A stretch of 64,000 nucleotides of DNA from an uncultured virus (IMG/VR IMGVR_UViG_3300027278_000424) (taxonomy: Duplodnaviria; Heunggongvirae; Uroviricota; Caudoviricetes). The stretch lies in IMG/VR virus record IMGVR_UViG_3300027278_000424; one strand, 5' to 3'. Each line of letters begins with the position of its first letter. Within the stretch, counting starts at the first letter, position 1. The position numbers and the translations under genes were made by a program. The notes beneath the pieces were generated by a model. It searched no databases, was not told the DNA's origin, and saw only the letters and a program-made list of their open reading frames with translations. Shown here in pieces: positions 18,704 through 28,228 of this stretch.

Positions 18704-21550
18704 ATGAGAATAGACAATCCAATTTCAGACAATGCCATTATCACCGGTTCCTTTACCGGATCCTTCAAAGGAGATGGTTCACAATTAACCGGAATCGAGC
18801 ACCCAAGCATACCTGCAGGAGTTGTTTCTGGTTCAGGACAAATTGTTTTAAGCGATACAGTAGGATATTCTGCTTTAGACGGAAGAGTAACATCAGTAGA
18901 AGGAGATGTATCAGCTATCTTAGCAGCATCATCTGCAGATAAAGATTCTTTTGCAGAAATTGTAACCTTAATCAACTCAGTAGACACCGATAACGATCAA
19001 GCATTCGCAGGATACGTTACTTCAAATGATGCTGCAGTATTAGCAAATACTACAAAATTAGCAGGTATTGAAGAAGGTGCAACAGGAGACCAAACAGCAG
19101 AAGAAATCTTAACAGCTTTAAAAACTGTTGACGGCGCTGGATCTGGTTTAGATGCTGACTTATTAGACGGACAATCCTCATCTTACTACGCCACAGCAGC
19201 AGCTGTAGCAGCAAACACTCAAGCATTAGCAGACCTAGACTTAACTTACGCTTCAGATGCAGATGTATCTACAGTGCAGTCTAACATTGATTCAGAGGCT
19301 TCTACAAGAGCAGCAGCTGATACTTTACTACAAGCTAACATTGATGCAGAAGCAGCAACAAGAGCAGTAGCTGATTCAGCACTACAAGCAAATATTGACG
19401 CTGAAGAATCAGCTAGAATTGCAGCAGATACTCTTCTTCAAGCAAATATTGACGCTGAAGAGGTAGCTAGAATTGCAGCAGACGGAGTATTAGACGGTAA
19501 AATAACAACCGAAAAAGGTAGAATCGATGCAATCTTATCAGCATCATCTGCAGACAAAGATTCTTTTGCAGAGATTGTATCTTTAATCAATACTGTAGAT
19601 ACAGCTAACGATCAAGCATTCGCAGGATACGTAGTATCTAACAATGCAGCAGTAGCACAGAATTCTTCTGATATTTCTGACAATGCAGCAGCTATTGCAT
19701 CAGAAGAAATAGCTAGAATATCAGATGTAGCTGCAATTAACTCTAAATTAGACGGAATTGAGTCTGGAGCAACAGCAGACCAAACACCAGCAGAGATTTT
19801 AGCGGCTATCAAAACAGTAGACGGAGTTGGATCAGGCTTAGATGCTGACTTATTAGACGGTCAATCTTCTGCATACTATGCAACAGCAACAGCTGTAGCA
19901 GCTAACACTTCTAAATTATCTGGAATTGAAGCAGGTGCAACTGGAGACCAAACTGGTGCAGAAATTAAAGCTCTATATGAAGCAGAAGCAGATACTAATG
20001 CATTTACAGATGCAGCATCAGCTAAACTTGCAGGAATTGAAGCAGGTGCAACGGGAGACCAAACTGCAGCTGAAATTTTAACAGCTTTAAAAACAGTTGA
20101 CGGTACAGGCTCAGGCTTAGACGCTGACTTATTAGATGGTCAATCTTCAGCATACTATGCAACAGCAGCATCAGTATCTTCTAATACAACTGCTATTGCA
20201 GCTAACACTTCTAAATTATCTGGAATTGAAGCAGGTGCAACGGGAGACCAAACTGCAGCTGAAATCTTAACAGCTTTAAAAACTGTAGACGGAGCTGGAT
20301 CAGGCTTAGATGCTGATTTATTAGACGGACAGTCTTCTGCATACTATGCAACAGCAGCAGCAGTATCTTCTAATACAACTGCTATTGCTACTAACGCATC
20401 AGGTATAGCAGCTAATGCTTCTGCAATTGCTACTATTAATGCAAAAGACCCTGTACTTACAGTAACAGGAGATGCTAGTGGTACAGCAACATTTACAAAT
20501 TTAGGTAACGCTTCAATGACGTTAACTATTGCAGATGATTCACACAACCATACTATTGCTAACGTAGACGGCTTACAAAGCGCACTTGATGCTAAAGCAA
20601 CACCAGCAGACGTTACTACAGCAGTTAATAACTTAATTAACGGCGCAGGAACAGCTTACGATACATTAAAAGAGTTAGGTGATGCAATTACTGCTAACGA
20701 TAGTGATATTTCAACTATCTTAACTACACAAGCAGGATTACAGTCTCAAATTAACGGTAAGCAAGCTGCAGGTACCTATAATACAATCATCGGTACAGAT
20801 ACAGATGTTAATACTTCTGGTGCAACAATTATCGATAATATCTACATGACCGACGGTGTTATTACATCACACGGTACTAGAGTATTGACATTAGGAGATT
20901 TAGGATATACAGGAGCTACAAATGCAAACTATATTACAAATAACAACCAGTTAGCTAACGGTGCAGGGTATATTACATCATACACAGATACAAACACTAC
21001 TTACTCAGCAGGTGCAGGATTAAGTTTAGTAGGTACGGTTTTTAGCCATACTGATACATCTGCTCAAGGATCTGTAAATAACTCAGGACGTACTTACATC
21101 CAAGATATTACTTTAGATGGATTTGGACACGTAACAGGTATTGCTTCAGCAACAGAAACAGTGGTTAACACAGATACAAACACTACTTATTCAGCCGGTA
21201 ACGGATTATCTTTATCAGGTACTACATTCTTAATGAGCGGTACATATTCAGGTAACTTTACTGCTACAGGAGATATTACTGCATATTCTGATTCACGTCT
21301 TAAAAAAGATGTAAAAACTATCGAAGGAGCATTAGATAAAACTAAAGCACTTAGAGGTGTAGAATTTACACGTATATCTGACGATGCTAAATCAATTGGT
21401 GTTATTGCACAAGAATTAGAAGCAGTATTACCAGAATTAGTATTAACAGATGATGAAGGTATGAAGTCAGTAAACTATGCACAGATTACAGGTTTACTTA
21501 TCGAGGCAGTAAAAGAATTATCTGCTAAAGTAGACGAATTATCTAAATAA
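18704..21550 (+). CDS. Tail fibre/spike with C-terminal intramolecular chaperone (peptidase S74)
   Basis: DITAYSDSRLKKDV...LRGVEF...IGVIAQELEAVLPELV...SVNY..ITGLLIEAVKEL; internal GSGLDADLLDG repeats. Confidence 0.88.
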   Translation: MRIDNPISDNAIITGSFTGSFKGDGSQLTGIEHPSIPAGVVSGSGQIVLSDTVGYSALDGRVTSVEGDVSAILAASSADKDSFAEIVTLINSVDTDNDQAFAGYVTSNDAAVLANTTKLAGIEEGATGDQTAEEILTALKTVDGAGSGLDADLLDGQSSSYYATAAAVAANTQALADLDLTYASDADVSTVQSNIDSEASTRAAADTLLQANIDAEAATRAVADSALQANIDAEESARIAADTLLQANIDAEEVARIAADGVLDGKITTEKGRIDAILSASSADKDSFAEIVSLINTVDTANDQAFAGYVVSNNAAVAQNSSDISDNAAAIASEEIARISDVAAINSKLDGIESGATADQTPAEILAAIKTVDGVGSGLDADLLDGQSSAYYATATAVAANTSKLSGIEAGATGDQTGAEIKALYEAEADTNAFTDAASAKLAGIEAGATGDQTAAEILTALKTVDGTGSGLDADLLDGQSSAYYATAASVSSNTTAIAANTSKLSGIEAGATGDQTAAEILTALKTVDGAGSGLDADLLDGQSSAYYATAAAVSSNTTAIATNASGIAANASAIATINAKDPVLTVTGDASGTATFTNLGNASMTLTIADDSHNHTIANVDGLQSALDAKATPADVTTAVNNLINGAGTAYDTLKELGDAITANDSDISTILTTQAGLQSQINGKQAAGTYNTIIGTDTDVNTSGATIIDNIYMTDGVITSHGTRVLTLGDLGYTGATNANYITNNNQLANGAGYITSYTDTNTTYSAGAGLSLVGTVFSHTDTSAQGSVNNSGRTYIQDITLDGFGHVTGIASATETVVNTDTNTTYSAGNGLSLSGTTFLMSGTYSGNFTATGDITAYSDSRLKKDVKTIEGALDKTKALRGVEFTRISDDAKSIGVIAQELEAVLPELVLTDDEGMKSVNYAQITGLLIEAVKELSAKVDELSK
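20033..20395 (+). repeat. Tandem ~189-bp direct repeat inside the fibre gene
   Basis: GGAATTGAAGCAGGTGCAACGGGAGACCAAACTGCAGCTGAAAT starts at 20033 and at 20222, with near-identical continuation. Confidence 0.85.
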
Positions 21551-21559
21551 TAAAGAAAA

Positions 21560-22111
21560 ATGGGTTTTAAATTAAACGTTGATTTAGAGACAAGTAACGG
21601 TCCTTCACATGAGGTGTACGTTAGAATAGAAAGTCTCATATTTAACAAGGTTACATCTAATGTAATGTTTCAATTAACATACTGGATTGATCAAGAACAT
21701 GCTAAATCTTTCAATAGAGAGTATTTAGATGAGGATATAAAAAACGCCGTAGGACTGATTCAGGAAAGAGTACTTTACTTTCCTGATCAGACCAGCGACG
21801 GAGAAGAAATCCTACTAAGTCACCACTATGAAGTACCGGTAGCAAAGGAAGAAGAAGTGGAGATACCGGAATTTGAAATAAAAACAGTACACAAAGAAGT
21901 ACCTTATACTAGCTTTGACGAAGAAGGGGAAGAAGTAACACTTTACCGAACAGTGTCTAGAGAAGAAAAGGTACAGATAGGAACTAGAAAAGAGATTAAA
22001 AAAGTAATAGATACCAAATTAATAAACAATATATTTGATTTCTGCTACCAAGTTACGAAAACTAAATTGATGGAATTTTTTCCAGAAGACAAAATCGAAA
22101 CAATAAAATAA
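21560..22111 (+). CDS. Hypothetical protein, possibly a fibre assembly protein
   Basis: Directly follows the S74 fibre gene; acidic. Confidence 0.55.
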   Translation: MGFKLNVDLETSNGPSHEVYVRIESLIFNKVTSNVMFQLTYWIDQEHAKSFNREYLDEDIKNAVGLIQERVLYFPDQTSDGEEILLSHHYEVPVAKEEEVEIPEFEIKTVHKEVPYTSFDEEGEEVTLYRTVSREEKVQIGTRKEIKKVIDTKLINNIFDFCYQVTKTKLMEFFPEDKIETIK

Positions 22112-22112
22112 A

Positions 22113-22817
22113 ATGGCAGTATATTCTTATAGTAATCCCGGTCCTATAGCTTTTAGCACGTTTGATACGTGGGCTAATAACGTTAGTAGTGATGTTAACT
22201 CAGGCATCGACAACGCACTGATAGACTGGTTTCCTACCCAATCTGCACCATATAGTACATCTATTCTTTCCGGAGCTAAGATCTTTTACGGGAATGTAAT
22301 AGCAGGTACAGGAGGCTCAGTAGGGTTATCAGCACCTTATAGTGTAGGATCCACACCTAGTTTTGGTGTTAAAAACTTGAACTTAAATATTTATTCACTT
22401 ACGCTAGTTGCTTCTACTACTTATCCGTATACTTTCCATTCATGGAGAACAGCAAATAACGGAGGTGGAACTCAATTAACTACAAGTTCAACGTACACAC
22501 TGACTGGTACTACCGCTACAACGGTAACAGACTTTTATGCGTACTTTACTACTACACATAATAGCGCATCAGCACCTACATCATACAATTACTACTTTGT
22601 AAGAGGATGTGCTGGAACACAGTTTGCAAATCAAGATAGAGTAGTTAAAACTACAAGCACATTTACCAACATAAATACCGCATCTGCAACCTCAGTAACT
22701 ATCTACGGAAGTAAGTTCTTCGCGTACAGTACCACTACTGAAGCTCAATATCTTGCAAATGCTGGAGATTTACCAAGCGTAGATGTAACAGGATTCACTC
22801 TTTCAACAGGGTGCTAA
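22113..22817 (+). CDS. S/T-rich putative virion/adhesin protein
   Basis: YTFHSWRTANNGGGTQL resembles InlB B-repeat/Flg_new-type repeats; last gene of the fibre block. Confidence 0.5.
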   Translation: MAVYSYSNPGPIAFSTFDTWANNVSSDVNSGIDNALIDWFPTQSAPYSTSILSGAKIFYGNVIAGTGGSVGLSAPYSVGSTPSFGVKNLNLNIYSLTLVASTTYPYTFHSWRTANNGGGTQLTTSSTYTLTGTTATTVTDFYAYFTTTHNSASAPTSYNYYFVRGCAGTQFANQDRVVKTTSTFTNINTASATSVTIYGSKFFAYSTTTEAQYLANAGDLPSVDVTGFTLSTGC

Positions 22818-22829
22818 GTAATTAATTAG

Positions 22830-22861
22830 TATGCAGGTACTTAATGTGCCTGCATATATTT
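22830..22861 (+). terminator. Hairpin (terminator or processing site) between the fibre block and the glycan island
   Basis: TATGCAGGTAC-TTAAT-GTGCCTGCATA, 11-bp stem with a weak T tail. Confidence 0.6.
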
Positions 22862-22874
22862 AAATTAATAAGTT

Positions 22875-23729
22875 TTGAAAGTAGTTTGGGTTTTAGAAAA
22901 TATAGAAAAGAATAAGAACTTTTATAGTAAATTTAATATACTATTAATGCTCACATCAACTATCCTTTGGAAGAGAAATCATCCAGAGGATATTTGTATT
23001 TTATATGCTGATGACATTACTATAGATTTTTTAGATAAATTAAAAGTATTAGAAATATGGGACCAGGTAAAACCTATCCCAAAAAGCGGAAGAATAAATA
23101 AATCAATATTCTGGGCTTCCTCTAAATTACAGGTTCTATCAGAAATAGAAGATCCTATTATCTTAATGGATAATGATACACATGTATATAAACCAATAAA
23201 GGGTTTTCTAGACTTGAATAAGGTATACGTAACTAATTTAGAAATAGGAAAAGGGTACTACCCTACCTCCATAGACCCATATATACGTAAACTATCATAT
23301 AAAAACAGATGGAAAACTGAATCTGTTAATGTTTCCTTTCTAAATTTACCTGACTCAGATTTTACTAGAAGGTACGCTAATGAGAGCCTTAAAATGATGG
23401 AAGAATTTACAGAAATGAAAGCCCCTAACTCTCAATATTTAATTTTTGCAGAACAGCTTTTATTAAAACATATGCTTGATAAAGAGAATGTAGCGTATAG
23501 AAGTATACTATCTACATATTGGGATTGTGCAAAATGGAATTGGGGTGAAATTCACAATAAGGGTATATGGAGCATAGAAGAATCAGAAAGGTACTTTAAA
23601 CATTACGGACCGTTAAAAGGATGGTATATCAATAACAAGGACGGCCATGATTATGAGGAACATATTAAACACCTTTTAAACTGTATAATGATACCTAATC
23701 TAGATTTAAAACTATTTAGCAAAAGATAA
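22875..23729 (+). CDS. Putative GT-A glycosyltransferase/nucleotide-diphospho-sugar transferase
   Basis: FWASSKL...ILMDND DxD motif and a later IFAEQ motif; TTG start. Confidence 0.6.
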   Translation: MKVVWVLENIEKNKNFYSKFNILLMLTSTILWKRNHPEDICILYADDITIDFLDKLKVLEIWDQVKPIPKSGRINKSIFWASSKLQVLSEIEDPIILMDNDTHVYKPIKGFLDLNKVYVTNLEIGKGYYPTSIDPYIRKLSYKNRWKTESVNVSFLNLPDSDFTRRYANESLKMMEEFTEMKAPNSQYLIFAEQLLLKHMLDKENVAYRSILSTYWDCAKWNWGEIHNKGIWSIEESERYFKHYGPLKGWYINNKDGHDYEEHIKHLLNCIMIPNLDLKLFSKR

Positions 23730-23733
23730 AAAA

Positions 23734-24507
23734 ATGTCTATAATTAATAATGAATTTGTAAGAACTCATATTACAAATAACAAAGTTACAAAACAGGACG
23801 AAGACGGAAAAGAAACTTTAACTTTTACCCCAGTCCCCTTCAGGTGGACACACGGAGCAACCGAAAATCATTTAGGAGACGGATTACTAATCTACACTAT
23901 CATACAATTAATGAGGTATAAATCTGTAGTATGTTTAGGTTCCGGAGGCGGGTTTATTCCTCGCATTATGACCCAAGCTCGGTTAGATTTACATAAGCAA
24001 GGTATATTTGAAGGGAGTGATAGTTATAATTGGGGAGACATCGGTGCAACATATCTTGTTGATGCAGCTAACGGAGTAGGCGGTACACCGGACTATTTAG
24101 AAGATGATTCGTACTTTAGGTATCAATTTGCTCCTCGGTTTATAAAAGAAACTACAAAGGACGCATATTATAATTTTTTTGTTAAGCAAGATATAAAGAT
24201 AGATTTTTTACATATCGATGCAGGACACTCTTACGCAGATGTCAAGCAAGATTTTGAATTATACTCTAAGTTACTATCATCTAATGGTATGATAGCTATT
24301 CACGACACAGATGAGAAGTTTCAAAAAGAACTAATAATAACAGAAGACGAAAAACAACATTACGACTTATTTGATGGCCCACCTAAGTTTATAAAAGAAA
24401 TTGGACCGGAATGGAAGCAGTTTAACTTTTTTAATACTGGGCAGGAAATAAATAAACCTTCTTCAACCGGTATTACATTACTTCAACGAGCAAAATGCCT
24501 AATCTAG
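23734..24507 (+). CDS. Class I SAM-dependent methyltransferase (Methyltransf_24-like)
   Basis: VCLGSGGG, IDFLHIDAGHSYADVKQDF, IAIHD. Confidence 0.85.
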   Translation: MSIINNEFVRTHITNNKVTKQDEDGKETLTFTPVPFRWTHGATENHLGDGLLIYTIIQLMRYKSVVCLGSGGGFIPRIMTQARLDLHKQGIFEGSDSYNWGDIGATYLVDAANGVGGTPDYLEDDSYFRYQFAPRFIKETTKDAYYNFFVKQDIKIDFLHIDAGHSYADVKQDFELYSKLLSSNGMIAIHDTDEKFQKELIITEDEKQHYDLFDGPPKFIKEIGPEWKQFNFFNTGQEINKPSSTGITLLQRAKCLI

Positions 24508-25334
24508 TTACAGTAGTTGGAGAGAATACACATATCTTACCTCATATGCTAAAACACTATGAAGATAAGGTAGATAAAGTATATGTAGTTGTATATAGAC
24601 AATCCGATAGAGATGATATTTTAGAAAAGGTAGAGGATTTAGGAATCACACCATATAAAGTTGTAACCGAACCAAAATATAATTGGAATAAAGTTACAGA
24701 TTTATATAACGAAACTAAAAGAACCAAACCAAATGATTGGTGGATAGTATCAGATGATGATGAATTACAAATATACCCTGAACCGATCGAAGATATAATA
24801 GAGACATGTGAGAGAAACGATTATGACTTTGTCACAGGAGGTTTCTTGGATAGAATAGGTATAGATGGCACTTTTCCAATAGTGGACAGAGACACAAATC
24901 TACACAAAGCATTTCCTTTGGCTGGATTTTTTAGGTATCCAATGTCTGGGGCATGCCCAAACAAAGTAACTTTAATGAAAGGTTATCAAGATGTTACACC
25001 CGGACAGCACTACGCTCAATTTAAAGACGGTTCAAACAGTTGGGGGAAATCTCATCCAAAAAGAATGCCAATAGAAGAGGTATTTACCCAAGTACACCAC
25101 TTTAAATGGGATTCTACATGTATTAGTAGAATTAAAAAAGTAGCAAACACTAATATGATGTATGCGTATTCTCAAGAATATAAGATAATGTACGATGCAA
25201 TTAAAGCTACAGAAGATAAAATAGATATAAAGAATAGTGAATATTTAGTTGAGAAACTAAAAGAAAGTTCATATATTGAATATATGGATTATTCTAATTG
25301 GAATACCTTAATTAAAAAAATAGTTACAATATGA
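24495..25334 (+). CDS. GT2-like glycosyltransferase
   Basis: LPHMLKHY N-terminus, WWIVSDDDEL, GQH, VHHFKW. Confidence 0.75.
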   Translation: MPNLVTVVGENTHILPHMLKHYEDKVDKVYVVVYRQSDRDDILEKVEDLGITPYKVVTEPKYNWNKVTDLYNETKRTKPNDWWIVSDDDELQIYPEPIEDIIETCERNDYDFVTGGFLDRIGIDGTFPIVDRDTNLHKAFPLAGFFRYPMSGACPNKVTLMKGYQDVTPGQHYAQFKDGSNSWGKSHPKRMPIEEVFTQVHHFKWDSTCISRIKKVANTNMMYAYSQEYKIMYDAIKATEDKIDIKNSEYLVEKLKESSYIEYMDYSNWNTLIKKIVTI

Positions 25335-25519
25335 GCACAAAAAAAGTGGAGACAAGTTTAGAAGAACGTCAAACTAAGGCGTTAGAAACCATTGCAAGTT
25401 CATTAGATGCGCTAAGTTTATGGTTCGAAGAAATCGATAAAGACGAATGGGGAGAAAGAATTCAATACTATCTTTCTGAATTTCACGAAATATTCGATCT
25501 GAGAAAAGAAAATGAGTAA
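25331..25519 (+). CDS. Small hypothetical protein
   Basis: Overlaps both neighbouring genes. Confidence 0.6.
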   Translation: MSTKKVETSLEERQTKALETIASSLDALSLWFEEIDKDEWGERIQYYLSEFHEIFDLRKENE

Positions 25520-26816
25520 ACTTGGAATTATAGTTCCATATAGGAATAGATATCAACATCTTGAAGCTTGGACTAGAGAAGTAAAACATTATCTAGACAA
25601 TCAAGGTATAAACTATAATATTATTGTAGTTGAACAAGACGATGCTACATCCTTTAATCGAGGAATGTTATGTAATATAGGATTTATACATGCTATAAAA
25701 AGAGGATGTACTTATGTTGTGTTTCATGATGTTGATATGGTTCCAGTTACAGTGGACTATACTCCAAATGATACTCCAATTCATTTATTTGATGACCAAT
25801 TGCCTTTTGATAGCTATTTCGGAGGTATGACAATGTTTCCGGTTGAAGATTTTAAAAAAATAAACGGATTCTCTAATATGTACTGGGGCTGGGGATATGA
25901 AGATGACGATTTAAGGTACAGATGTGCTTTACATAATATAGATTTTGGCACACCTTATAAAACCTCAGAAGGAATTAGTAGAGACACCGCTATATTTAAC
26001 GGTAAAAACTCAATCGCACGTATTCCCAATAACTTAAAATTTAGTACGGATTTTACTATAGAGATTTCTGGAAGGCTTGACCATGTAGAAATGGATCCAA
26101 AAAAAGTATTTGATCAGTACACTTTATTAAGTATAAGAGGAAATGAATTAAACATTACCTACAATTCTTTTAACAGATTCTCAGTGCAGCTTTTTGATAA
26201 AAGTTTTGATAAGTACACTATTAATTCAGATGTCTTTATTAACAGTGAATTTAATGTAAAACTACAATATGTAGCACGAACTAAAACAGTATCGTTATAT
26301 GTAAACGATTCTTTAGAAGCTTCTACCACACTTAAAAACAGAATACTTGACTATAGTAAGCAATCGACAATTATTGTAGGAGCAGATTCAGAAGACACTA
26401 ACCACTATCACGGTGCTATAGACAGTATAACACTATATACGAGAAAAGATGAAGTAGTTAACAGGTACTTAAAACCTAATAAAATAAAATATATATGGGT
26501 TGACCATATAAGAAGAGATAAAGGAACATTAGATAATGTAGATGTAGCTCCATATGATGCACCTGAATCTACCGAAATAGACAGCACAGTACCTTATAGA
26601 AGAAAAGGAGACATATACAAACTTCCCCACCCGGATAACGGGTACGTAGAAGGAAGATGGAGAAGTGATTTAACTAGATGGAATCAATTAAGATATAATA
26701 ACGAAGTAAAAAGAGGAGTTTATAATAACTCTAAAGACGGACTAAAAGACTGTGAATATATTCTACATAGTAAACAGTTTAAAGATAAAGTTTTACATTT
26801 AAATATAGGCATATAA
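25512..26816 (+). CDS. GT7 (beta-1,4-galactosyltransferase-like) with an inserted LamG/ConA-like domain
   Basis: IIVPYRNR, FNRG, FHDVD, YFGG, NGFSNMYWGWGYEDDD; beta-sandwich insert (SLYVND, IIVGAD, YHGAID); GT7-like tail. Confidence 0.88.
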   Translation: MSKLGIIVPYRNRYQHLEAWTREVKHYLDNQGINYNIIVVEQDDATSFNRGMLCNIGFIHAIKRGCTYVVFHDVDMVPVTVDYTPNDTPIHLFDDQLPFDSYFGGMTMFPVEDFKKINGFSNMYWGWGYEDDDLRYRCALHNIDFGTPYKTSEGISRDTAIFNGKNSIARIPNNLKFSTDFTIEISGRLDHVEMDPKKVFDQYTLLSIRGNELNITYNSFNRFSVQLFDKSFDKYTINSDVFINSEFNVKLQYVARTKTVSLYVNDSLEASTTLKNRILDYSKQSTIIVGADSEDTNHYHGAIDSITLYTRKDEVVNRYLKPNKIKYIWVDHIRRDKGTLDNVDVAPYDAPESTEIDSTVPYRRKGDIYKLPHPDNGYVEGRWRSDLTRWNQLRYNNEVKRGVYNNSKDGLKDCEYILHSKQFKDKVLHLNIGI

Positions 26817-28228
26817 TGAAACATAAATTAGGAGTATGTGTACCATACAGAAACAGAGAAGAACACTTACACACCTTTATACCAAGAGTTGGGAGGTTTC
26901 TTAAAGAAAGAAATATAGATTTTCAAATTTATATATGCCATCAAGTAGACGAAAAACTTTTTAATAGAGGTGCAACTAAAAACATAGCTGCAAAACACGC
27001 TATTGAAGACGGATGTGACTACGTCGTTTTCCATGATATAGACATGATACCAGAAGACGGCGCAGATTATTCGTACCCTACAGAAGGTCCTCGCCATATT
27101 GCAACTCAAATTTCACAAATGGACTATCAATTAAAGTATCATGAGTACTTTGGAGGTGCAGTCTTATTTACTAAAGAACATTTAGAAGCCACAAACGGTT
27201 ACTCTAACGGATATTGGGATTGGGGAATGGAAGATGATGATCTTTTTTGGAGATGTCACGAAGAAGGTTTAACATTAGATACATACTTACAGAAAAAGAC
27301 TAAACAAAAATACCTACGATATAATGGAGACAGTTCTTATAGTAAAGTTCCATTTACTAGAAAACTTAGAGGGTTAACTTCAAAATCACATACAATCTCA
27401 ATACTGTGTCGAGCTTTTCAACAGCCAAATAAAAATAAAATTTTCTTAATAGGAGATAAGGATAATAAATACGTTGAGTACCCTATTCTAAGAATACCGG
27501 GGTATGACTACGGATTATCATTTAATAACTCAAGAGCACTTTCTCTCACATACTGGGATATGTTTAGTAACCACCACTACATGTGGGTGAAAAGATACGA
27601 TAACCAATGGAGCTGGGTAACTGCGGTATTTAATGAAGAAACAAGAACCAGCCACTTATACCTAAACGGTACAGAAGTTGATTCCAAAGGAGGGTACGGA
27701 AGCCCTTCTCCCCTTAACTGGACCGGTAAATTAAAAAAATACGGCCCTAACGGAATATACATAGGCACTACACCATCTGTACCAGAAGATAGTGGATACA
27801 GATACTTTAAAGGAGATATAGCAAAAGTGTTTGCTTGGGATAGAAACTTAACACCAGAAGAAGTCCAAGACTTACATTTAGATATTCCTACCGATGGATT
27901 AGTGATTGACTCAGATTTTAACAGTCCCAATACCGAAATAGAAAGCTTCAATGTAGAATTAAGAGAGGAAGAGATAGACATTCCAAATTCAATTTTACCC
28001 TATAGAAAAGAAGGTAGATTTACATGTTTACCCCATATTGATGAAGGATTAGTAGACGGCAAATGGGCAAAAGGAGATACTACAGCAGCAAACGAAGAAC
28101 GGTACGTTTTACAAATGCAACAAGGTAAGATCAATTATAAAGAAGATGGAATTACTACCTTAGAGTATACAGTAGAAAACGAAAACATTCTTACACCGTG
28201 GGCTAAAATGATTAATATAAAACTATGA
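26816..28228 (+). CDS. Second GT7 with an inserted LamG domain
   Basis: VPYRNR, FNRG, FHDID, YFGG, NGYSNGYWDWGMEDDD; LamG motifs WSWVTAVF, HLYLNG, FKGDIAKVFAWDRNLT.EEV. Confidence 0.88.
   Translation: MKHKLGVCVPYRNREEHLHTFIPRVGRFLKERNIDFQIYICHQVDEKLFNRGATKNIAAKHAIEDGCDYVVFHDIDMIPEDGADYSYPTEGPRHIATQISQMDYQLKYHEYFGGAVLFTKEHLEATNGYSNGYWDWGMEDDDLFWRCHEEGLTLDTYLQKKTKQKYLRYNGDSSYSKVPFTRKLRGLTSKSHTISILCRAFQQPNKNKIFLIGDKDNKYVEYPILRIPGYDYGLSFNNSRALSLTYWDMFSNHHYMWVKRYDNQWSWVTAVFNEETRTSHLYLNGTEVDSKGGYGSPSPLNWTGKLKKYGPNGIYIGTTPSVPEDSGYRYFKGDIAKVFAWDRNLTPEEVQDLHLDIPTDGLVIDSDFNSPNTEIESFNVELREEEIDIPNSILPYRKEGRFTCLPHIDEGLVDGKWAKGDTTAANEERYVLQMQQGKINYKEDGITTLEYTVENENILTPWAKMINIKL

Noticed and set aside
11500..20400. 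Repeats as a CRISPR array or DGR template/variable repeats
   Set aside because: The repeats are in-frame, differ mostly at synonymous sites, have no unique spacers or adenine-specific pattern, and no cas or reverse transcriptase gene is present
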